Of a stretch of DNA of 64,000 nucleotides, positions 37,301-50,575 are shown piece by piece. Position 1 is the first letter of the stretch. Every line of letters begins with the position of its first letter. The DNA comes from Camelus ferus (taxonomy: Eukaryota). The stretch is from the NCBI RefSeq assembly GCF_009834535.1, contig NC_045697.1:49664001-49728000 (forward strand). The letters run 5' to 3'. The notes beneath the pieces are model-generated. The model was not told the DNA's origin, made no database searches, and saw only the letters and a program-made list of their open reading frames with translations. The translations under genes and the position numbers were made by a program.

Positions 37301-39837
37301 AATTCAGTGGAAAAAATATAATAATATAATGTTGAGAAAATTAAAAATAACCGCCACCCAGGCCCCGACCTGAAGGCCATTACTTCAGAAGACCTGCTTC
37401 ACTTCCTGAGCAGTGAGCTCACTCCCTGAAGAGAAGGGAAGGGGGCGTCCACATGCAGCAGGGGAATGAGCTCTGAGGACAAGGATGAAATTAGTCTCTG
37501 AGAAGAAATTTGGATCAATCTCCAGTGTCAGGATCTTCCCTATAGTGGTGTCATATAATTAAATTGCCTATGAAAAAGCAAGCTTTCCTTTAGAAAACTA
37601 TTCGTCACTTCCTTAGAGACTTACCAATACAGGCCTTGGAAGGCCTGCTAAGTGTGAACGACGGAAAAATGAATTCCTCACAGGAAGTTGAGATTTCTGA
37701 GGCACTTAAAAAGAGCTAGATTCCCCTCACCTTTGGAACAGCTGAATTCAGGTTTCTTGGTTGTATTGGATATGCTTACTGCCTGCCTATGTTCATAGTC
37801 CCTTCTAGAGATTCTGCTTCACCCGCAGCCCCTGGAAGGGTCAGTCCCACGCACCTTTGGCTATGGCTGGCTGGACTGCTGTCAGACACTCGACTCACTC
37901 GTTGGCTGGCCCGTGACCAGATTCTCACTTGAGAATTTCAACAAAGAGACACAGATAGTGGAAGATGTAAGTGGAAGGTGGAGGGCAGGGGCTGGAGTGT
38001 CAGGTGTTGACCCATTGAATGCTGAATAAACAGAGAAGCCGCTCTTTCTATAGAAGCTGTAAAATGGGAAAGGCCTCTCAAAGAGAAAAAGAGACAAGAG
38101 ACCATGTGGTAACAGAGCGATGGTGAGAGTGATCTTGGCTCTCGACTTTCTGAGGGCTGGTTTTTTTGAGGGCTGGCTATACTTAAGGTTCTTGGGACTC
38201 TCTATAATAGTCATTCCAGCTCCAGTTCTAGTTTCTTTTTTCCTTTAAGCCAGCTTAAATGGGTGTCTGTTTCTTGAATGAAATACTGACCCTTTTCTCC
38301 CATACCCACCCAGGCTCCTAAGTATTAAGATCTTATAGTTGAAATCACATTAAGACATTTCCAACTACAGAAGATGATTGATTAAATCTCACATTACTCA
38401 TTCTTTCCCCCTCCACAATCAGATCGATTCTAAACCTTTGTAACATGAAAATTTTCTGTTGAGAATCCAGTCGCTATGGGAGAAGTTAGTCTTATACTTA
38501 AGCCCCATTTTGACACTTTGCTGTCAGATCAGGCTTGGCCTTGGGCTCTGCCTCTCAATTAGCTGGACTCCAGCTTTTAAAAACACCCACCTCTTGTGCT
38601 CATTTCATTTCTTAAAACCTGACGCTACTCACCAAATCTTCCTTGTGACAATGGGGTGTTAGAGCCGCTAGACAGTGTTTCTCTGACTCCGGGGGGATAT
38701 CCAGTATTAATCAATGCTCTCTTGAGAATTTCTCCTGGGAATTTCTAAGGGCTCAAGATTAAGATACAAGCTTGTCCTACTAACCAACCCACATAAATCC
38801 ACCTTATCCCAGCAGAGTAGATACATGGTGACTATTTCAGGTCACTGGTTGGCTCGCTCCAGTGTTCTAAAATGGGGGAGCCTTAGGGGTTGATTTGGGA
38901 AACTCACTGGTTCTTTACAAGGTTAAGGCCACACCTCTGAGTGAGTGGGTTGATGCTATTCATGGTCTCCCCCCAGTTAACACTGCTCATCACTTCTGTT
39001 GTTTATCCTTGCTCGGCTCCATTCCCCCTGTCTCCTAAATCTTTGACAGTCTCTTCAAAGCCCCTTCAAAATTCTCACTCTTCTTTATTCATTTGAAGAA
39101 TTCTCTTCAAAATTCTACCTAAGTAGATTACTCAGCTTCATATTTCAGAGAGAAAAATATCAATGATCGGCCTGAAATTCTTTGGCTCCTGCTTCTCTCA
39201 CTTCAAAGAGACGTCTACACACGTCTGACCCCATTTTTTTCCCCACCTATTTAATCCATTGGAATCTGACTCTGTTTCCTCCATGCTACAAAAACACTTT
39301 GACAAAAATCATCAATGGTCCTGGGCTTTTAAGAAGCTGGTTCCAGGTGCCTGGAGCACCGTTTCCTGCCTTCTTTGCTCTGTTGCAGATTTCACGTCTC
39401 ATCTCCTCAGGGAGGTCTCCTCTCCCCAGAGGCTGGCTCAAGGCCCCCGGCAGCACGCTGCCATAGTGCCCTGTGAGCCCGCTTTCATCATACTCATCGG
39501 TCATGTGATTACTGTCCAGCAGATACTGACCATCAGTCATGTGACTACATTCCTCCTGCACTGAAGTAGCTGTGAGACCATCCCATAGACTGTGCCCCTT
39601 GTCCCTAGCACAGTGCCTGCGGGGGACTCGACTGAGAGAAATCTCAGTCTCTATAGTTGCAAAAGTTACCACGTTCCTACCTCTCAGAGATGATGCAATC
39701 ATTAATAAGCAAAAGTTTCTTGTTATGTAACATACTGACATGACACCAAAGGCACTGAACATCAAAGACGAGAACACTTTTGCAACCTTAATTAAACCAA
39801 AGTAGGTCAAATGTTTAAATGCAAATTGAAAACATTC

Positions 39838-40070
39838 TTAGAGGCAGAATAGCATAGTGTCGAAAAGTATAGGATCCCATTTTATAACTGTGTGACCATG
39901 GACAGCTTCCTTAACTTCTCCGGGTCTTCATTTCCTTGTTTGTAAAATGGAGAAAATACTACTCCCTATGTCATTGGCTTGTTGTAGTGTCTGAAATGAC
40001 ACACGTAAAGTGCTCAGAACATGCCTGACACACAGCACGCGTTTAGTAGTTGTTAGCTGTTATTACTAAC
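39838..40070 (+). mobile_element. MIR SINE
   Basis: ctgtgtgaccatggacagcttccttaacttctcc...tgtaaaatggagaaaatact core. Confidence 0.75.
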
Positions 40071-42593
40071 CTTGAATGTTACAGAGAAATATTGTTAGCA
40101 TGAGCCTCATTTTCTTGGACCCATATGGTTATATGATATACATATGATTTGTGCACTGTTGATAGGACTAAAGTGTACAGACGTTATTAGAACCAGCCTG
40201 CTTGAATATAAGGACTGTGGACACTGTTGGTCACTGCTATGTCCTTTGTACCTAGAACAGTCTCTGGCTTAGAGTGGTGCCCAGTACAGAGCTGATAAAC
40301 TAAATGAATGGCCAGGCAGATGCTGAATGAGTTCCTCTCTGTAGATTTTTGTGAAGCTCACTGAGGATTTAATTGTAGTCCCAGGAAATTTGCAACCATA
40401 ACTTACATTTAAAATTAGAGTAGAATAAAAAATCAAGCCAAAATATTGCTTTGAGTTTGGACATCAATTTTAAGTGGGTTTATTATAGTCTAGACATGAA
40501 ATTCATAGTATACCAACAACCAGTACTTTAGAAAAAGAATGTAAGGATGGGATGACCTTTTTAAAAAAATATAATTACCTGTAGTCTGTGGTTATTTGGG
40601 CAGACAATAGCTGGTCTGTAGTGAACCATCCTGATTTTTAAGAGAAGTAAGCTTTATACTTGATGTGGAGTATTAGAAAAATTCTCAAGTGCTTTCAGAG
40701 TCGAAGCAGAGAGAAATATAAGTCCTGTGATACAATTTGCTTACAATAACTGCAACTTTATTCCTTTTGTAGACTTACAGGGTGACTGGCTACTTTCGTC
40801 AAACCTCTGGTTTTACAGATAAAGACTTTTGAGCCCAGTTCACACAAGTTCACACATGCCTCCTTCAACCCTATGCTATAAGCCTAGTCATTTCAACAGT
40901 TTGCAGATTCCTATGTTAGGTGCTGTGGCAGGTGCAGAGATGATAAAGATACAGAGAAGTGGGGAGATGCTACAAACACATGGATCTGTAAATACAGGGC
41001 AGAATGCAGTGCATGTCATTGGTGATGTACACATGGCTATGGGAATTCAAATCCCTCTGAGAAAGAGAGACTGAAGTTTTAAAATTGTGTCTTAAGAAAG
41101 CCTTTGTGAAGGTCATGTCATAGTGACATTTACACGCCATCAGGGAAGCGGAATTACAATCAACAGAGGTGAAAGCAGGACAAGGCGGCAACCACAGCTG
41201 CTGCCCTGGAGGAGAGAGAGAACGGGGTGAGTTTGGACAGCCCCAAGTGACCCCGTCTGGCCAAGCCAGGGCAGGTATAAGTGGGCAATGACCTGGGACC
41301 AGGGCTGTCTGGAGAGAGTGAAGCTGCAAGCTGCGTTTGAAGGACTTTGATGCCAGTCTGAGGGACAGTGGGGAAGAGTGAGCCAAAATCAGAAATCAAT
41401 TCTCACATTTTAAAGATTTTTTTTTTTAAATGTGAATGAATCTCTAATCTCATTATAACTTATGTAGCCACATATTTACAAAGTTTCCTGAAGAGTAGTT
41501 CATTTTCTGGAAAGGTGTTTGGTGACAAGATCTGTTTTATGATGCATCTCTCAGATGTCACTTTTAGCAGGTGATGCTTATGCGCCTCGTCTTGGGAATC
41601 GGGCAGGTATTCTTGGTTATCCATGTCTCCTCACCCTCTGATTGCCAGAATTCATGCAGAGACTGGGCAAGGTGCTCTCTGGTGGTCTCACCACCAGCTC
41701 TGATGTCCCTGCCCCTCTCCGCTCATTGTGAGCATTGGGGGATGGGCACAGGGAACTTCTGGAGGATGACAAGGGTCTGGCTGAAACCCTGCAAAGCCCC
41801 AGGGCCATAAGGAAAGGGCAGAAGACTGCAGTCTGACTCCTGGGGCTCTCCTGCCTGACAGTATCTAGTTCTAAACTACGGTGAACTGTGAAATAAACAT
41901 CAGACCCCAGTCCCCCAGGTTCCCTTGTTCTCTGCCCTCTTCCTTCTCTATCTTTTTCTTTCCTTTTCCCCAGGGTTTGCAAACCAATTCTCCAGCTCAG
42001 GCCACCTGGACATTTTGTAGTGGGGGAAAGGAAAGAAAAAGGGGCAGTGGAAAAATTGAATCTAATATAAGCCTAAAGAAAGAAGTCTATGCTCACCGCT
42101 GTAGCACCAAGACACAACTGACTAAAGCAATTAATAAACAGACTAAACACCCACCATGGGCAAATTACTATGCTGTTGGGGATATACAGAGGGGGCCGTT
42201 GTTGTAATTCAGGGAGGAAATTGTTAGCTCTATAATGGTCATTACTAGTATTCATACAGTGCTTGAAGCTTGAAGAGCTTTTCTTGCATGACAGCTCTTT
42301 TGGTCCTCACAACCCCCATAAGAATGAATATCATTACTGCTGTCACATCACATTTGAGGAGGCAGATGCCAAAGAGGTTAAGTGAATCTAGGGTCACATA
42401 GCTAGGGCTGAGACTAGGACCAAGGTCTTCAGATGATAAAATTCAACCTCTTTCTCTCTGACCACACAGTCTGATGGAAGCTGACGTAAATATTTCCAAT
42501 TCATGGATATGTGTAATCACGGAACCAAATTTTGTCTTTACACACAACTTATTAATTAGTGGATCCACAGTCAAATAAAAACAAAACCCTTAC

Positions 42594-42660
42594 CTTCTGC
42601 CACAGTTACCACCAACCAGCAGACCAACAGGCAGTAGGAGTAGCTGAGTCTGTGAGCCAT
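42594..42660 (-). CDS. ODAPH: ODAPH exon 1, signal peptide MAHRLSYSYCLLVCWLVVTVAE(G), 67 nt
   Basis: gccATGG Kozak context, hydrophobic signal peptide, AAG|gtaagg donor in phase 1; not in the ORF track. Confidence 0.93.
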
Positions 42661-42699
42661 GGCTTCTGCCCTGAGCAGTCACTGCCTTGAACCCAACGT

Positions 42700-42790
42700 G
42701 GCTTTAAAGGGGTCGGTGAGTCACCCGCAGCCTGATTCCGGGAGCCTGCATTTGCATAGTGGACCGCAGTGATCAGAGCCTGCGGTGTGA
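42700..42790 (-). promoter_or_regulatory. ODAPH proximal promoter: TTTAAA TATA-like element, AP-1, octamer and two RUNX-type sites
   Basis: TTTAAA 42703-42708, TGAGTCA 42717-42723, ATTTGCAT 42750-42757, ACCGCA 42763-42768, TGCGGT 42781-42786. Confidence 0.55.
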
Positions 42791-43364
42791 GGGTAAGAAA
42801 TCAGAAAGGAGATACCAGACAGTATTTAGCAACCAGAACTTCTCGTAATAACAGCCAAACATCATTCATCCATCCTTGGAGGTGGATTGTGGGTGACCAC
42901 ACCCCCGCTATCCTTTTAATTCCTTCAAATCTTCGCCCCTGTTAGTGCCTGCTCTTTACTTGTGTGTATATAGATCTACCTCGGCAAGGGAAAGAATCTG
43001 CGCAGGAAATGCTCAGCAGCGCGTCCCTCTTTGTAACTTGCTTACTTACTTACCAAAGCCAGACAGGACGGGGAGGGCGTTATCCAGGTGCTTCGTGACC
43101 CATGTGGTTTGAAGAGGCTGTTTGTTCACAGACCTCAGATTAGGGATTATGGCTTCTCTGCTTTTGTCCAGGAGCCAAGAGCCTCAGGGGCAGAGAACTA
43201 CCTTCCCTAGCAACCATCGTGGTCCCTGTCTAAACGACATGAAAGTCTGTGGGTATTAACTTAGTGAGTTGTCCTGCCACGGCTCCTTTTGATTCATCAG
43301 ATTGTCACTAAGATGCCTGGTTTGTTTGCTGTCAGCTGCTGGAGGAGTGGGAGGGGATGGTCAC

Positions 43365-43575
43365 AAGTGATTAAGAGCACGGACCTTGGAGTTAGAAAAA
43401 ACTAGCTCCCACTTTGGCTCCTTTTCTAACTACTGGGTGACCGTGAGTGAGCCCCTGAGACTTGAAGCCTCAGGTGCCTCATCTGTAAAATGGGGCTGGT
43501 AATATCTCCCTCAGAGATTACTGTGATGGATAAAAGAGGTAATTGACAGAAAGCTGCAACCACAGTGCCTGGTGA
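43365..43575 (+). mobile_element. MIR SINE
   Basis: gcctcaggtgcctcatctgtaaaatggggctggtaata core. Confidence 0.75.
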
Positions 43576-44200
43576 GTGAAAGGGGGTTGTGGCTGCAATT
43601 AAATTACAGTGACTCTAATTCTTTGTTCTCTTAGGAGGCTCTACTTGCTAAATCATGCAATCAAAAGCGTCCACATTGGGCAGAACGTTTTCTTGACCAT
43701 TGCAGAAAGAACAAAACAGATCGCAGTCCCTGGCTTTGAAGGGCTGACAATCTAATGAGGGATTCTGTGCAAACTGAGAATGGAAATGAAGAAGAATGCA
43801 AACACTCACTAGCTAGAAAATGGTACATTCCATAGGCTTGATGATAATCTGAGGCAAAATTTTAGAACAGAGGATTCAATGGATGATTTGCCAGCAGTAT
43901 GGAAAGAAAGTAGGGAACATCTGGAACAAGCTCAGTCCTCCAGATTCAGTGGCTTTGTGGACCACGTGTCCTGTGCCACGTCTAGGTCTGGTGAGGGTGT
44001 CTGGGGAGGGAGTGGGGAAGGGTCTCAGCCTATGCACGCAAGTTCATGCCCCTCAGTGTCCAGCTGGTCCCTATCAGCGAAGGACCTGTGGTCAGGAAGG
44101 TGGCTTTTCCCTGGGTCTCTAGCTTTCTGCCACACCCTGCTTTTTGGATCTGAGCTCAGGACAATGTCACCTCCTTTCTTTCTCCCCTCCACTGTCCCCC

Positions 44201-44606
44201 TGAGCTGGGTAACTTTATGTGTCAACTTGGCTGGGACGTGGTGCCCAGATACTTGATTGAATACTACTCTGGATGTTTCTGTGAGGATGTTTTGGGATGA
44301 GATTCACAAATGGGTGGATTTTCAGTGAAGCAGAATGCCCCACATAGTGTGGGTGGGCCTCACACAATCAGTTGAAGGCCTGAAGAGAACAAAAGATTGA
44401 CTTCCCTTGAGCAAGAGGACATTCCTTTGGACTTGAACTGCAACATCAGCTCTTCCCTAGGTCTCCAGCCTGATGATTGACCCTGCAGATTGTGGACTTG
44501 CCAGCATCCCTAAACATGGGAACCAGTTCCTTCAAACAAATCTCTCCTCTCTCTCTCTATACACATCCTACTGGTTCTGTTTCTCTGGAAAACACTCATG
44601 AATACA
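44201..44606 (+). mobile_element. MLT2B-like ERVL solo LTR
   Basis: ggtaactttatgtgtcaacttggctgg start and ggttctgtttctctggaaaac...aataca end typical of MLT2. Confidence 0.85.
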
Positions 44607-46084
44607 CACCTATATTCTCTCTCACTTTCATGTATATATATGCTGCTCTGCAGATTTAGGGGACTAGCATGAAGACACTTAATAAGTCCAGTTCTTCTAA
44701 ATAAGAACCTGGGAGTTTATGGTTAATGAAGGCACAACCATGTGCTCCTTGACCAGAAATGTGTAGGGTGACTTTAGGAATTTCAAGCAGATTTGTGAGC
44801 ACTGAGCTGCCTCTAATAAATATGCTTCTGAAATATGTCAGCAAGGAGAGCAGCCCCTCCCTGTCTCAGGACGGCTTGTCTTTCAACTGGAGCCAAACAT
44901 CTGTGCTTCAGGGAGAATCTCACAGCCAACTCCCTACTTTGCTCCTCATCCCAGTCTCCCTCCCCCTCCTTCCTAGTGGTTTAAAAATCTGTTTAGAATT
45001 TCAGGGAGCTCAAACTCTGAAGATACTGGGTTGGATACAATGAAAACGGTTTTTGGTAAATAATTTATGTTAGGTGCTCAAATTGAGACAATATAAACCA
45101 TATTTCCGTATTCATTGAAATGGAAACAAGCAGCCTGAGATGGGGGGGCCGGTGTGGGGTGGGTAATGGTGGTGGAATGGGACCAACCATCGGTGGTTTA
45201 AACCAGCGATGCTCAGAAAGACCGGACTGCTCTAGCTGTGGCTTCCTGTGCCGCTCTGCCTTTCACATGCTCAAGGATCTGGGGATGTCTGCCCATGGGA
45301 TGGTCACCTGCACCCTGCCTTGCTTATCTCTGCAGTCCTGTGGGGGTGAAGTCCCTGTTTTGCCTCCAGAGCTTGGAGCAGCAAAGGCGAGCTACAGTCA
45401 TGTCCAGTGTGGCTAGTCACCTGCTGCAGAAACCGCTAAAGCTGTCTGGGGGAGGTGTTCCCCTTCTCAGGCCGCGGTGAGTAACCCGGGAAGCTGTCGT
45501 TAGGGCCGCTGTGAGTCAGGATGACAGGTAACGTGGGGAACGGTGGGTACCGGGCCTGCACCCTGAGTCAGGCTAAGGGAGTAGCTAGCGCTGCGAGGCT
45601 GACTTCCCAGAGGCCTGGGGGTGGATTGGCGTTCTCTGTAGGAAGTACCAGGGCTGATGCTCCCTCAGGGAATCTAAAGGTTCTGTGGCTGGCGCCCATC
45701 TGATGGTGCTGCTTCTGGGATGGCCTGCATGACTCTCCTGCTGGGCTTGCTAGGGCATCTTCTGCTGGGATTTCTCCTAAAAGGGATTTCAGGCGATTTA
45801 GACATATCTCCAACTCCACCATTTTGCAGATCAGGAGACAGGCCTAGAGACGGTACCTAGCCATCCCAGTGATTTAACAAGAGAATGGCAATAACATCTT
45901 GGTCAGGGGCAGAGGGATGCCCACTACGTGACAGCCCTTATTTATCAGTGGTTTTAAACAGCATGAAACTGGTGGGATAAATCAGTGTTCTCCTTTGCCC
46001 CATTAGCGGTGAGACCTTGGACCAGTCAGCTTCACTGACCCTCAATTTCCTCATCTATATCATATAACATTTGCTGTATTCTAA

Positions 46085-46280
46085 GCATCACTGTTAAAAT
46101 TATTGCACCTACATTAAGCCATTTAATTATCAACCCAATGAGGTAGGTACTACTGTCATCCCCATTTAAAGATGAGAAAACTGAGGCACAGAGAGGTTAA
46201 GTCATGTGGCAAATAAGTGGTAGAGTCATGATACGAACAGAGACAGTTCGGCTGTAGAATTCTTGGTCTAATCACTGTGC
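46085..46280 (-). mobile_element. MIR SINE
   Basis: ccccatttaaagatgagaaaactgaggcacagagaggttaagt. Confidence 0.8.
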
Positions 46281-47419
46281 TAGGTGGGCTCTGACACTCT
46301 GTCAACTTATGTCTGTAAAAGTATCCTTAAAACTCACCCATGTACTGTAGGACAAGAGACTTGGTTTGTTAAAATTTTTTTTTTTCAAGGCAAAATAAAT
46401 AAAAGAGTTTTGGGGAAAATTAAAGATTAAAAGAGATTAAAGAGACATATAAAATAATTACAATATTTGGACTTTACTTGGGTCCTGTTTTAAACAAACA
46501 AATCATTAAAAAAAAACAGTTGGAGAAATGTAAACACTGACTAGGCATTTGATGATATTAAGTGATTATTGTAGGTGTGATAATAATAAATGGCTTTGTC
46601 AAAAAAAAAAAAAAAAAAAACCCAAAATAGAGTCTTTACTTTTCAGAGACAGATGCTGAACTATTTACAGATTATATTTTGTCCTGGATTTACTTCAAAA
46701 TATTCAGAGGATGGGGAGTGAGTGGGGGTATTGATGCAACAAGATTGTCCATGTTTAATAATTGTTTAAGCTGGGTAATGGGTACACTCAAGTTTATTAT
46801 ACTATCCACTTTTGTTTGAAATCTTATAAAAAGTTTTTTTAAGAAGATCACACTGTATAAATTTGTGTTTTATTCTCTCAGAAATGTCAGAGTCCCACCG
46901 ACCTACTTCACAAACTGGTGGGAACAGTGACTGCCCACAGGGAGAGGGAGGGTGGGACCCTGCTTAGGAGATTCACCTTCCAGGGTTTCACTGATTGAAG
47001 GTGACTTCCAGTGCTGCCCATGTGGCAGACTCCTAGAAGATTCTTCTGGACTGTGCGAGTGCATGAGTATAGGGATGGATGACTGCGAATGAATCTGGTC
47101 CCCAGTGAGCTAGAGAACCAGCTCACAAGATCAGGAACAGAATCTAATTTCTGGGCCAAATATAATGAAAGAGTGATTCTGTATGTTTCCTAATGAACCA
47201 AATTGTGCATTTAAAGGCATCTTTATCACAATCATACCAAGGACCAAAATACTACCATACCTTCCCCCCTTATCCAGCAGACAAATGTGCATAAAGAGAT
47301 TTACTGACACAAAAATCTTCACTCTGAAGCTATGTCCCCACTACTGCACCTCTCAGAGACCACACTATGCTCTGAGCTCTGTTGCCATTATTTTTGCTTG
47401 CCCCACCCTGCATCCATCT

Positions 47420-47815
47420 CAGTTCTTCTGCTTACTCTGAGTTCCCTCGGGGGAACCAACCCTACACTCCTGGCTCCAGGATTGTCTGCAACCTACACCT
47501 GCCAATCATAGCATAGCATAGCATAGCATAGCATAGCATAGCATAGCATAGCATTTCTGTGGGCACAGTGATTGGCTCAGGGGTGGGCATTTGACTCAAG
47601 CCAAGCCAACCAGGCCCAGTCAAAACTAGCCCTGGGATTTTTGTATACGTGACTAGAAAAGAGGCACACATTTTGCCTTTGGACTTAAAGTTGGGAAGAG
47701 ACATACCTATATATATGAAGGGAGAGTTTGCTCAGTAAAATGGGGTGGAGAGATGTCACATTCTGATGACATCATTTGAACCCCTGGATCCAGCTATACC
47801 TGAAGCCACTCAGTG
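47420..47815 (+). mobile_element. Old MaLR LTR (MLT1J/K-like) containing a (CATAG)9 microsatellite at 47507-47554
   Basis: gattggctcaggggtgggcat...gaacccctggatccagctatacctgaagcc; pentanucleotide run. Confidence 0.7.
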
Positions 47816-48509
47816 TACTGCATGTTTTCTTAAACTGATTGTAAAATAGAACCAACACAGTATTATAGTAACAAATCACATAGAGAATGAAGATTCCATT
47901 TTAAGCCTAGTGTTACTTGCTAAGTAGAAGGAAGAGCTATAAACTTTTAGATTTTTGTATTTGATTACAAACTATAGATGTAGACAGGGAGTAGAAAATT
48001 ACTTCAGTTCCAGTGGTTGGGTAAGGTATTTGCAGAGATTAAGACCCATCTTATTATCATTCCATGCATTCTTCTTGAGAGCTGAGAGAAACTGAGTGAC
48101 TAGACAGACTCCTGGGCAGGTGGAAGCTGTGGAGACCTGAATGTCTTGGCTCTGGATGCGGTGACGTGACTTCACCCTGAGTGCTCAGCCACCTTGCTTA
48201 TCCTTGTCGGTAGCATCAGACAGATCCAGATTGCGGTGATGAGTAACTATGGGCTTTCCCCAGCTTCAGACACAAGGTGAGTTCACACGTTATCCTTCAG
48301 CTTTTCACCACCCCAGCTGGAGCCTCTGAATGGAATGATTGAAGTCTGGCCTTCAGATGTTGTCAATGTTCAACTGCAATTCAGCACCAAGGGACGCGAA
48401 AGTGCTAGGTCTGGTGTTATAGATTGGAGTTGACAATACCGCCTCTCTTTACAAAAAGATATTTCAAAGAGACATCATTATACATAATGATGAGAATATA
48501 TATCATTAG

Positions 48510-48690
48510 ATGAGCTGTGAGACTATGGGCAAGTTATTCAACTTTTCTCTGTTTATTTTCCTTGTCTCTAAAAGAAGAATAATAATAGTACCTACCTCAC
48601 AGTTTGTGGGGAGTTTAAATGAGTTAATAACATCTAAGCACTTTCAATGGAGATTGGCACCTTGTAAATGTTCGCTATCGTTACTACTAA
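48510..48690 (+). mobile_element. MIR SINE
   Basis: agctgtgagactatgggcaagttattcaac...taataatagtacctacctcacag. Confidence 0.78.
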
Positions 48691-49676
48691 AAGGTAACGT
48701 TCTGTCTCCAACAAACATTTCTTCTAGAACCTGGATATCTGAAACAAAACAAAGAAAAGGCAGAATATGAGGATTTATGAAAATTGGGAAAAGTTCCAGC
48801 AGAGTATGCAATACTTCTCGGTATCAGTACTTTGAAGTCCTGTTTTTCAGTTCTCTGAGGCACTGAGTCAGTTGGAAAGCTGAATGAGAAGGTTCTCAGA
48901 AGGGGATAAAGGGGGTTTTCTTCAGGGTTCTGCCAGGGGAAGAGTCACAGGCAAGCTAACTAAAATCTTGTAACTGTACCTACCCAGACAGTGGTTTCTG
49001 TAAATCTCAGTAGTTAAGCTGTCAGGGGTTTGAGAGAGTTCTTTGAAATGTGTAGGAGTTACAGGAAGTGGTAGTAATTTAAGACTTGGATCCACCCTTA
49101 GCCAATGTCTCCAGGAGATGATGAGGGACATAGTAACAAGCAACTCCTAGTTTTTCAGAAATGACATGGTTTTGATTTAAATGTGTAGAATGCTGTTAAA
49201 TTTTTCATTTTCTCTCCCGGCCTCCCTGCCTGCCTCTTCTCTCTCCCTCCCTCTGCCCCCGCTCCACACACATAGTATATGCTCCCCTCTCTAGAACAAA
49301 TCATTTTTTAACAGTTTGCCATATATCCTTCCATTCCTTTTTCCATATATTTACACACACACATTCGGAAATTTTGTAGGCAGTTTTAAATTTTTTTTAT
49401 ATGAAAGGGATAATGTTTCGAGTTGCCTTCTTAATTATTTCTTTTCACTTAAAATGTGTCTTTTCTTTCTGTCCCAATGCATATAATCAACTCCTTTTTT
49501 TTTTGAATTCTTGCTTACTGCTGCCTTATATGGGTGCCCCATAGTTTTATCAATTCACCACTTGATGGAATTTGGGTTGCTTTCCATTTTCTGCTCTTAC
49601 AAACCATCCTCCTATAGTTCTCTCTGGGCACATGCAGAGTGCCTCTGCCATAAGGTACATTTAAAAATAACTTGCT

Positions 49677-50366
49677 GAAAGGCTGAAAATAGACTTTGCA
49701 TATGATCCAGCAATCCCACTCCAGGAGTGGGCATATATCCAGGAGTGGGATTGCTGGATTTAATTAGAAAAGATACATGCACCCTGATGTTCATAGCAGC
49801 GCTATTTACAATAGCCAAGACATGGAAGCAATCTAAATGTCCAATGTCAGATGACTGGATAAAGAAGTTGTGGTATATTTATACAATGGAATACTACTCA
49901 GCCATAAAAAATAATAAAATAATGCCATTTGCAGCAACATGGATGGACCTGGAGAATGTCATTCTAAGTGAAGTAAACCATGAAGAGAAATAAAAATACC
50001 ATATGATACCATTTATGTGTGGAATCTAAAAAAAGACAAATGAACTCATTTATGAAACAGAAACAGACTCACAGACATAGGAAACAAACTTATGGTTACA
50101 GGGTGGGAGTGGATGGAAAGGGATAAATTGGGAGTTCGAGATTTGCAGATACTAAGTATTATATATAAAATAGATAAACAAGTTTATACTGTATAGCACA
50201 GGGAACTATATTTAATATCTTGTAGTAACCTATAATGAAAAAGAATATGAAAACAAATTAACGTATATGTATGACTGAACTATTACGCTGTACACCAGAA
50301 ATTGACACAGCATTGTAAACTGACTATACTTCAATAAAAGAAACAAACAGACAAACAAAGAAAAGT
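49677..50366 (+). mobile_element. 5'-truncated L1 (ORF2 C-terminus plus 3'UTR) with 14-bp TSD
   Basis: ORF 49727-49993 [15 protein letters not shown]...; TSD aaaaataacttgct at 49663-49676 and 50367-50380 at a TT/AAAA site. Confidence 0.93.
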
Positions 50367-50472
50367 AAAAATAACTTGCTAGACATGGTTTTAGATTTAA
50401 ATTATAGAATACATTTTCATTTCACTCTAAAATTTTCCATTCCCTATGGGGCCTTAGTGAGTTTGATTCCTT

Positions 50473-50575
50473 AATTTTATTATTATTATTATTTTTAATG
50501 GAAGTACTGGGGGTTGAACCCAGGACCTCACACATGCTAAGCTCACGCTCTACCACAGAGCTGTACCCCACCTCC
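50473..50575 (-). mobile_element. tRNA-derived SINE (Vic-1-like) with (TAA)n tail
   Basis: gtactgggggttgaacccaggacctcacacatgctaagctcacgctctaccac on plus strand. Confidence 0.85.

Noticed and set aside
39286..39810. 174-aa minus-strand ORF in the ODAPH intron
   Set aside because: Overlaps L2-like sequence, has a non-ATG start and no recognisable motif.
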